Source of the DNA: a virus
Taxonomy: Duplodnaviria; Caudoviricetes
IMG/VR virus record: IMGVR_UViG_3300011339_000264
Span: 1 to 35,209 of that record
Length of the DNA stretch: 35,209 bases
Reading direction: 5' to 3' (one strand)
The position numbers and the translations under genes were made by a program. Numbering within the stretch: the stretch's first letter is position 1; the number at the start of each line of letters is the position of its first letter. Of the stretch, positions 8,113 to 14,982 are shown piece by piece. A model generated the notes under the pieces. It saw nothing but the letters and a program-made list of their open reading frames with translations, did no database searches and was not told the origin of the DNA.

Positions 8113-8423
8113 CAAACATCACTTGGACAATCACCGCAATGAACTGCTCAACCACTGAGCAGAACCCCGACACCGTAATCGTTTGCCACTGGACTTGCTC
8201 AGGCACTGACGGCACCTACTCCAGCAGCGTCTACTCCACCTGCTCTGTGCCTACGCCCACCGGCACCTTCACGCCCTACGACCAACTGACGCAAGAGCAG
8301 GTGCTTGGTTGGGTCTGGGCCAACGGCGTGGACAAAGACGCTACTGAGGCCGCTGTGCAGGCTCAGATTGAAGCCCAGATCAACCCGCCTGTAGTAACCC
8401 CACCGCTTCCTTGGGCCGCATAA
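8109..8423 (+). CDS. Tail-fibre-associated protein (assembly/chaperone-like)
   Basis: ATGA coupling to the fibre gene; FTPYDQLT.EQVLGWV and terminal LPW motifs. Confidence 0.75.
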   Translation: MTNITWTITAMNCSTTEQNPDTVIVCHWTCSGTDGTYSSSVYSTCSVPTPTGTFTPYDQLTQEQVLGWVWANGVDKDATEAAVQAQIEAQINPPVVTPPLPWAA

Positions 8424-8451
8424 CGGGACGCTGCCACCCGCTTCTGGCAGC
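8424..8451 (+). promoter_or_regulatory. Predicted H-type RNA pseudoknot in the intergenic spacer
   Basis: CGGG(8424-27) pairs with CCCG(8437-40); GCTGCCA(8430-36) pairs with TGGCAGC(8445-51). Confidence 0.6.
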
Positions 8452-8471
8452 ATATTAAAAAGGAAAACGAA

Positions 8472-8699
8472 ATGGAAAACAAAAAGCCCCAGATCGTCAC
8501 CATCGACGGTGTTGAGCATGACGCCAACACTTTTACCGAACAGCAAATCTTGCTGCTGAACCACACCATTGATCTTGATCGCAAGATCGGCTCAACGCAG
8601 TTTCAGCTACAGCAACTCCAAGTGGGCAAGGATGCATTCTTGAAGATGCTTAAAGATGATCTGGACAAGCCTGAAAAAGTAGAAGCCGAAGCTGTATGA
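8472..8699 (+). CDS. Small coiled-coil protein
   Basis: SD AAGGA; VTIDGVEH followed by an amphipathic helix. Confidence 0.8.
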   Translation: MENKKPQIVTIDGVEHDANTFTEQQILLLNHTIDLDRKIGSTQFQLQQLQVGKDAFLKMLKDDLDKPEKVEAEAV

Positions 8700-8956
8700 A
8701 ACCCGCCCCGTTCCCTGTTCTGTGGTTCCTGAAAGCCAGCAACTCGCTGGCGGTGACGATGCCTTGGCGCACAGTCTACTGCCGACCCGGACAAGAGGAG
8801 AACTACGCACTGGCCGCTCACGAGGCGGTGCATGTGTCACAGATCGAGCGGGACGGGGCTATCAAATGGACGGTGAAGATTTTCTACTACCTCATCAGGT
8901 ACGGTTATCTAAAAAGTCCGTATGAGGTAGAAGCTCGGGCCAAGTCTGGGTACTGA
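8696..8956 (+). CDS. Minimal zincin-like metallopeptidase (HExxH; DUF4157-like)
   Basis: LAAHEAVHVSQ followed by YEVEAR (third-ligand E..A motif); ATGA coupling. Confidence 0.7.
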   Translation: MKPAPFPVLWFLKASNSLAVTMPWRTVYCRPGQEENYALAAHEAVHVSQIERDGAIKWTVKIFYYLIRYGYLKSPYEVEARAKSGY

Positions 8957-8957
8957 C

Positions 8958-9110
8958 ATGGAACTCTTTGACCTGCTCTCCAAAAGCTGGCCGATACTGT
9001 TGGCGTTGATCACGCTCATTATCGTTTTGAGCAAGCTCGACCTCCGGGTAGCTGTTTTGGAAGAGAAGATCAAGACATTGTTTGAGTTGTTCAACAGGAA
9101 AGACAAATGA
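8958..9110 (+). CDS. Small membrane protein with one TM helix plus coiled coil (50 aa; not in the ORF track)
   Basis: MELFDLLSKSWPILLALITLIIVLSKLDLRVAVLEEKIKTLFELFNRKDK*. It fills the gap exactly and ends in an ATGA overlap. Confidence 0.8.
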   Translation: MELFDLLSKSWPILLALITLIIVLSKLDLRVAVLEEKIKTLFELFNRKDK

Positions 9111-9331
9111 AAGCCAAGCTCACTTTTTGTGTCACGTTGATGGTCAGCCTGACACTCTGCGTTGTTGTGATGGGCATGGTTGGCGTCATGTTGATGGGCC
9201 TGTTTGATGAGAAGGTGGACAACACCGAGATTTTTAAACTGATTAGCCCTGCGTTTCAAACAATTGTCGGGGGGTTCATTGGGCTATTGGCAGGTGTCAA
9301 GCTATCGCACGACGAAGAGGAAAACAAATAA
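9107..9331 (+). CDS. Two-TM membrane protein in the lysis cassette
   Basis: Two hydrophobic helices, acidic C-terminus and translational coupling on both sides. Confidence 0.7.
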   Translation: MKAKLTFCVTLMVSLTLCVVVMGMVGVMLMGLFDEKVDNTEIFKLISPAFQTIVGGFIGLLAGVKLSHDEEENK

Positions 9332-9834
9332 TGGATCAACTACTCAACCTACTCAAGGGCTTTGCCCCCACCATTGCTACCGCTGTAGCTGGCCCTCTTG
9401 GTGGCGCGGCGGTGTCGATGCTCTCCAAGAAGTTCGGAGTGGAAGACACCGTAGCTGCTGTGGCACAGGCTATTGCCGGTGACCCCAAGGCAGAAGAAAA
9501 GCTGCGGGAACTCGACCTTGAGTACGCCAAGATGCACCTTGAGAACGTCAAGGGTGCGCGGGATATGCAGACCGCTGCGCTGGGTCAGTCGGATGTGTTC
9601 TCCAAGCGGTTCATCTACTACTTCGCATCCTTCTGGTCAGTCTGCTCTGTTGTTTACATTGCGTTCATCACCTTCGCTACCATCCCGGCACCAAACATTC
9701 GCTTTGCCGACACCATCCTTGGGTTCCTGCTGGGCACAGTCGTGGCAACCATCTTGAACTTCTTCTACGGCACGAGCAAGTCGAGCCAAGACAAGACTGA
9801 CAAGATGGCTGAGATGGCAAAGGAAATGCGGTGA
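9331..9834 (+). CDS. Holin-like membrane protein
   Basis: APTIATAVAGPLGG N-terminus, a coiled coil, then two TM helices ending in FFYGTS; directly upstream of the endolysin. Confidence 0.7.
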   Translation: MDQLLNLLKGFAPTIATAVAGPLGGAAVSMLSKKFGVEDTVAAVAQAIAGDPKAEEKLRELDLEYAKMHLENVKGARDMQTAALGQSDVFSKRFIYYFASFWSVCSVVYIAFITFATIPAPNIRFADTILGFLLGTVVATILNFFYGTSKSSQDKTDKMAEMAKEMR

Positions 9835-10259
9835 ACCTCACGCCTCACTTCACGCTTGAAGAACTGACGATGACAAGCCACCGGCAGTTCGACAACACAC
9901 CCAACGCTGCGGAGACTGCCAACCTGACCCGATTGGCGCAGTTTCTGGAGTTGGTGAAGACCAAGCTGGACAACAAGCCGATCATGGTCAACTCAGCCTA
10001 TAGGTCTAAACAGGTCAATGACTCAGTGGGTTCCAAGGACACCAGCCAGCACCGGCTAGGTTGCGCTGCTGACATCCGTGTACCCGGCATGACCCCTGAT
10101 CAAGTTGTACGCGCTATCATGAGCCACGGGCTGTACTTTGATCAGATCATCCGTGAGTTCGATGCTTGGACGCATATCAGCATCCCCAACACCGCAGCCC
10201 TGCTCCCCCGCCGACAGGCGCTTATCATTGACAAAGCAGGCACTCGACCATTTGCCTGA
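9831..10259 (+). CDS. Endolysin, peptidase M15A-type (Zn D-Ala-D-Ala peptidase fold)
   Basis: SAYRS..VN..VG...SQH..G.AADI and WTHIS motifs; GTG start in a GTGA overlap. Confidence 0.85.
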   Translation: MNLTPHFTLEELTMTSHRQFDNTPNAAETANLTRLAQFLELVKTKLDNKPIMVNSAYRSKQVNDSVGSKDTSQHRLGCAADIRVPGMTPDQVVRAIMSHGLYFDQIIREFDAWTHISIPNTAALLPRRQALIIDKAGTRPFA

Positions 10260-10277
10260 TTCGTGGGAAAATGAGCT

Positions 10278-12368
10278 ATGCCTTTACAGAAAATTACCTT
10301 AAAAAGTGGCGTGAACCGCGAAAACACGCGGTACGCTAACGAAGGGGGGTACTACGAGTCGGATAACGTGCGTTTCCGTCAGGGAGCCCCCGAGAAGATA
10401 GGCGGGTGGCTTCGCATTTCTGCAAATACGTTCTTGGGCGTGTGCCGTTCCCTTTGGAACTGGGTTACGTTAGGCTATCAAAACCTTATTGGGGTTGGGA
10501 CAGACCTCAAGTTCTACATATCCAACGGCGGTGCGTATTACGACATCACTCCGACCCAGACTGTCCACACACTGACCGGCCCGTTTACCACAAACGGCAC
10601 TACCACGGTCACAGTCACGGATGCCGGTGGGGGATACATCAATAACAGCTACGTGACGTTTACAGGCGGCACTGCCGTTGGCGGGGTACTCATAACTGGG
10701 GAGTACCTGATAACGTACTCTTCAGGTTCCACTTACACCATCACTGTCGCAACTGCACCAACAGCAGCGTCTGGCGGCGGGACAGTCTATGCCGTGTACC
10801 AGATCAACCCCGGCCCAAGTTACGCGGCCCCCCTGTCTGGATGGGGCTCTGGCGCTTGGGGTTCTGGAACTTGGGGCAACAGCGCAAGTTCTGTGGAAGC
10901 TCTGCGGATTTGGAACCAATTCAACTTTGGTGAAGACCTGCTGTATGGCCCAAGGGGTGGGCCGCTGTACTACTGGGATGCCACTATTGGTTACCTAGCA
11001 CCCACGGTCACCATGACAATTGCCAACCCTTGCGTTGTCACCACCACACTAAATCTGCCTGACTTGACTCCAATCGTCTTTGAGACCACCGGGGCATTGC
11101 CTACGGGCTTGCTGGTAGGCACAACCTACTACACCCGGTATGTATCAGCCACCACGTTCAATCTATCCTTGACCCCCGCAGGGGCGCTCATCATCACTTC
11201 GGGTAGTCAGTCGGGTGTGCAGACCATATCCCAGAGAGGCGTTTTGTTGTCTGCGTTGGCAACAGCAAGCAATGTCCCGCTGAGCCAGATATTCTTCCTT
11301 GTTTCTGATGCCAGCCGGTTTGTCATTTGCTTTGGAACGAACGACATTGGCTCCTCCACAGTCAATCCGATGCTTGTGCGCTGGTCAGATCAAGAAGACC
11401 CCGCCCTTTGGACGCCTTCCATTACTAATCAGTCAGGCAGTATTACCCTGTCCCACGGTTCCACCATCGTCACTGCAATACAGAGCAAGCAAGAGATCGT
11501 GATCTTTACAGATTCTGCGCTGTACTCACTTCAGTATCTCGGGCCGCCCTATGTTTGGGGGTCACAGCTACTTGCAGACAACACCTCTCTTGCTGGCCCT
11601 AATGCCGTGACGCTGGCGGCGGGGACCATTTACTGGATGGGCGTAGACAAGTTCTACAAGTACGACGGACGGCTGCAAACCCTCAACTGTGACTTACTCA
11701 GGTATGTCTACAACGACATTGATCGCACGCAGTTTGAGCAGGTCTATGCGTCCACCAATGAGGGTTTCAGTGAGGTGTGGTGGTTCTACCCCAGTAACGG
11801 CTCGACAACCAACGACAGCTATGTGGTCTACAACTACCTAGAGAATGTCTGGTACTACGGCTCTATGGCCCGGACGGCGTGGCTGGACAGCGGCCTCCAA
11901 GAATACCCTGTTGCAGCCACCTACAGCAACAACCTTGTCCAGCACGAACTGGGTGTGGATGATGGTGTAGCCGCCACCCTTGCGCCAATCAATGCGTTCA
12001 TAACCTCATCCCAGTTTGATATTGGCGACGGCCACAACTTTGCGTTTGTCTGGAGGATGCTGCCTGACCTGACCTTCAACGGCTCCACCGCCGGGACAAC
12101 ACCCAGCCTGACCATGCAACTCCTGCCTTTGCAGAACTCTGGCTCGGGATACAACAACCCCAAGTCAGTCGGCGGCAACAGCAGCAGCGCAGAAGGAACA
12201 GTCACAGCCACCCAGACCTACCCCATTGATTTGGACACCTACAACGGGCAGTTGAACATCCGGGTCAGAGCGCGGCAGATGTCCATGAAGATCAGTTCAA
12301 ACACCCTTGGCACACAGTGGCAGATGGGCGCTCCAAGAATTGACATCAGAAATGATGGGCGTAGGTAA
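10278..12368 (+). CDS. Tail nozzle / tail tubular protein B-like (DNA stabilisation protein)
   Basis: 696-aa beta-rich protein; NVRF..G.PEKIGGW, VRWSDQED, EVWWFYP and YVVYNY..WY.G...RTAW motifs; lies before the ejection genes. Confidence 0.75.
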   Translation: MPLQKITLKSGVNRENTRYANEGGYYESDNVRFRQGAPEKIGGWLRISANTFLGVCRSLWNWVTLGYQNLIGVGTDLKFYISNGGAYYDITPTQTVHTLTGPFTTNGTTTVTVTDAGGGYINNSYVTFTGGTAVGGVLITGEYLITYSSGSTYTITVATAPTAASGGGTVYAVYQINPGPSYAAPLSGWGSGAWGSGTWGNSASSVEALRIWNQFNFGEDLLYGPRGGPLYYWDATIGYLAPTVTMTIANPCVVTTTLNLPDLTPIVFETTGALPTGLLVGTTYYTRYVSATTFNLSLTPAGALIITSGSQSGVQTISQRGVLLSALATASNVPLSQIFFLVSDASRFVICFGTNDIGSSTVNPMLVRWSDQEDPALWTPSITNQSGSITLSHGSTIVTAIQSKQEIVIFTDSALYSLQYLGPPYVWGSQLLADNTSLAGPNAVTLAAGTIYWMGVDKFYKYDGRLQTLNCDLLRYVYNDIDRTQFEQVYASTNEGFSEVWWFYPSNGSTTNDSYVVYNYLENVWYYGSMARTAWLDSGLQEYPVAATYSNNLVQHELGVDDGVAATLAPINAFITSSQFDIGDGHNFAFVWRMLPDLTFNGSTAGTTPSLTMQLLPLQNSGSGYNNPKSVGGNSSSAEGTVTATQTYPIDLDTYNGQLNIRVRARQMSMKISSNTLGTQWQMGAPRIDIRNDGRR

Positions 12369-12685
12369 TGGCACAAAAGAACGTAGTAGCCCCCCGGCTA
12401 CCTAGCCCCCCACAGGAGTATGACCCTGTTTACATGAACCAACTGTTGAGTTTGTTGCGTCTGTACTTCAACCAACTCGACAACGCAGGGCCGATGGCAG
12501 GTTCTACACAGATTAACGGAACCGCTGTAGTATCGGGTTTGAGCTTCTTCCCTACGTCTGGCACAGACCCCAGCCTGCCAACAGACGCTGACTTTGCCAA
12601 TTTGCGAATCGGGGATGTGTACAGAGACACCCAGAACGGGGTGATGAGCAACAACCAAACGCTTAAAATAAAGACCGCACTATGA
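12368..12685 (+). CDS. Small tail-associated protein
   Basis: TAATG coupling; LPSPP.EYD...NQL...LRLYFNQLD motif. Confidence 0.7.
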   Translation: MAQKNVVAPRLPSPPQEYDPVYMNQLLSLLRLYFNQLDNAGPMAGSTQINGTAVVSGLSFFPTSGTDPSLPTDADFANLRIGDVYRDTQNGVMSNNQTLKIKTAL

Positions 12686-14973
12686 GCCTAAATCAATTAG
12701 CCAACCACATGTCGGCTCAAGGCCGGGGTCCAGACTCCACTCTTGTGCACATGTCTCCTCGTGAGGTGTCAGGACTGCAGAGTCTGGCTATGGCACACGG
12801 CGGGACTCTGACCATTAACCCGCAAACGGGACTGCCCGAAGCAGGCTTCCTCGACAGCCTGCTACCCACGCTTCTTGGCGGTGCAGCTACTTACCTTACT
12901 GGGGGCGCAATTACCCCCATGATGGCAGCTATGGGTGTCGGCGGTCTGACGGCGTTGACCAGCAAAGACCTCGGCAAAGGGCTGATGGCGGGCCTTGGTG
13001 CTTATGGCGGTAGCGGCATCATGGAAGGATTAGCTGGGTTTGGTACGGGGGCGTTGTCGGCTGAAGCAGGAAAAGCGGCGGTACCATCTGGGATGGATGC
13101 ACTAGGCTATGAGGCAGAACAGCTATCTCAAAATGCCGTTGCATCTAAACTGGCAAACGCTTCTTACTACGACAAAATAGCCGCCGGGGCATCAAAAGCC
13201 ATGAGCGAACCAATGAACGCACTGAGCGCAATTGGCGGCGGCAGCAAACTCAAAGGCGCGGCGATGCTTGGCGCTCCGTTGCTGTCAGCCCTTTCAACGC
13301 AAGAAGCTACGCCAGCCCCGACGTTCCAGCAGACACAGTTTGACCCCCGAGCGGCCAACATAAATATGCGCAGAAGCCAACTTGCGTATCAACCAGACAC
13401 AGGCAGTTCTGCACAACGCAGGTACTTCACGCCCATGACAATCGACCAATACGGCGCTGATGGCGGCTTTGTTGCAGATGGCGGGATACAGCATTTTGCC
13501 AGCGGTGGGGTTCCTCTTGACCCCACCTACGACTACTCGGGCTACGGCAGGAAAAACACAACGCGACCCGTTCCGGTAGTGCAGCCTAAAGCCCTAGCCA
13601 AGCCCGACTTTGTGGGCGCTGACGGCAAAACGTACCGCTACGACCCCATGAAAAAAAGCTGGTACGTCATCAAAGACGCTCCAGCAAAAACCAACCCCGG
13701 CGTCGAAGTCCTGATGGGCGGTGAAGGCGGAGCAGGGGAGTTTGGTGGCAAGGGCGCGGGGACTTATGGTGGCAACCCTGAAAGTATTACTGGGGGTTTT
13801 CTATCGTCCGTTATTGGTACGCAGCTTCCAGCCCCGGTAGTTGAGAAAAGTACTTTTACTCCCGCTGCAATAGCAGAAGCCCAAGCCGCCCAAGAAAAAG
13901 CAGCAGCAGAAGCGGGGCGTACAGCAGCAACCATTGAAGGGCTGCAAAAAGACCCCGAAACGGGGCTAGCCCCCGGTGAATTGGCAGGTAGCCCGCAACA
14001 AAGTAGTCTAAGTAATGGATACTCCCCCGGAACACCCGGTAGTGCAAGCCGAGAAAGTGCTACTGCTGAAAAAAGCAATATAGATGCAGCCCCCGCTGCA
14101 GCAAGCAATGCGGGGTTAGCTGCACTAGCAAATATTCAACAGGATGTTGCAGCCCGAGCCGCTGAAGTTGGGAAAACACCCGGAGCGTTTGCAGAAGAGG
14201 GCCTTGCGGGAATTGCGGCACAAGCACAAACGGCTGCGGATAACGCCCGAGAGGCCAGCATGTCGGTTGGTGCCCCTGCCGCTGCCCCTGCCCCTGCCCC
14301 AATCGGACCTAACGCACTAGTCGGCGGCCCTACCGTTACTGGCGTAGAAGAAGAGGCTCCGGGTGCGTCACCAATCGGGCCATCCTCGGTTACAGGCCCT
14401 GCACTTGGTGCAGGCCCGAGTGGCCCAGAGGGTGCCAGCCCAGAGGGCCCCGGCGGAGGTGGTGTAAGCGGCCAGAGTAGCGATACGAGTGGTGGCCCGA
14501 GTGGTGGCCCAGAGGGCCCCGGCGGAGGTGGTGTAAGCGGCCAGAGTGGTGAGGGCGCAGGTGCGGGAGCGGGCGCAGGTGAGGGTGCGGGAGCAGGCGC
14601 AGGTGAGGGTGCGGGTCCAGAGGGCCCCGGCGGCGACTGGCGTTACGGCGGCATGGTAGGCCAGTACGCCCAAGGCGGGCTCGGCTCCCTCGGCGGCTAC
14701 TCGGATGGCGGCAGGCTCCTGCGCGGCCCCGGTGATGGTGTGTCGGACCATATCCCTGCAACGATTGGTCGTGGTCGGCAACCTGCGCGACTTGCCGATG
14801 GAGAGTTTGTAGTCCCGGCCCGGATTGTGTCTGAACTGGGCAACGGCTCAACGGAAGCAGGCGCACGTGCGCTGTATAAAATGATGGACCGCATCCAAGC
14901 CAACCGCCGTAAGACTACTGGCAAAAACAGGGTCGCTGTAGATTCCAAAGCGCACAAATATCTTCCCGCATAA
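12682..14973 (+). CDS. Putative internal virion/ejection protein 1 (Gly-rich hydrophobic segment, xxGG tags, TMP-like GEFV module)
   Basis: 763 aa; position after the nozzle gene; conserved-looking termini around a low-complexity middle. Confidence 0.7.
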   Translation: MSLNQLANHMSAQGRGPDSTLVHMSPREVSGLQSLAMAHGGTLTINPQTGLPEAGFLDSLLPTLLGGAATYLTGGAITPMMAAMGVGGLTALTSKDLGKGLMAGLGAYGGSGIMEGLAGFGTGALSAEAGKAAVPSGMDALGYEAEQLSQNAVASKLANASYYDKIAAGASKAMSEPMNALSAIGGGSKLKGAAMLGAPLLSALSTQEATPAPTFQQTQFDPRAANINMRRSQLAYQPDTGSSAQRRYFTPMTIDQYGADGGFVADGGIQHFASGGVPLDPTYDYSGYGRKNTTRPVPVVQPKALAKPDFVGADGKTYRYDPMKKSWYVIKDAPAKTNPGVEVLMGGEGGAGEFGGKGAGTYGGNPESITGGFLSSVIGTQLPAPVVEKSTFTPAAIAEAQAAQEKAAAEAGRTAATIEGLQKDPETGLAPGELAGSPQQSSLSNGYSPGTPGSASRESATAEKSNIDAAPAAASNAGLAALANIQQDVAARAAEVGKTPGAFAEEGLAGIAAQAQTAADNAREASMSVGAPAAAPAPAPIGPNALVGGPTVTGVEEEAPGASPIGPSSVTGPALGAGPSGPEGASPEGPGGGGVSGQSSDTSGGPSGGPEGPGGGGVSGQSGEGAGAGAGAGEGAGAGAGEGAGPEGPGGDWRYGGMVGQYAQGGLGSLGGYSDGGRLLRGPGDGVSDHIPATIGRGRQPARLADGEFVVPARIVSELGNGSTEAGARALYKMMDRIQANRRKTTGKNRVAVDSKAHKYLPA
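14438..14640 (+). repeat. Gly/Pro/Glu coding repeats: a perfect 41-bp duplication (14438-14478 and 14507-14547) plus GEGAGAGA units
   Basis: GCCCAGAGGGCCCCGGCGGAGGTGGTGTAAGCGGCCAGAGT occurs twice. Confidence 0.9.
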
Positions 14974-14982
14974 GGACGCATC

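Noticed and set aside
14438-14547. 41-bp repeat with a 28-bp spacer as a mini-CRISPR array
   Set aside because: Only two copies, in frame within a Gly/Pro coding region, non-palindromic, with no leader or cas genes.
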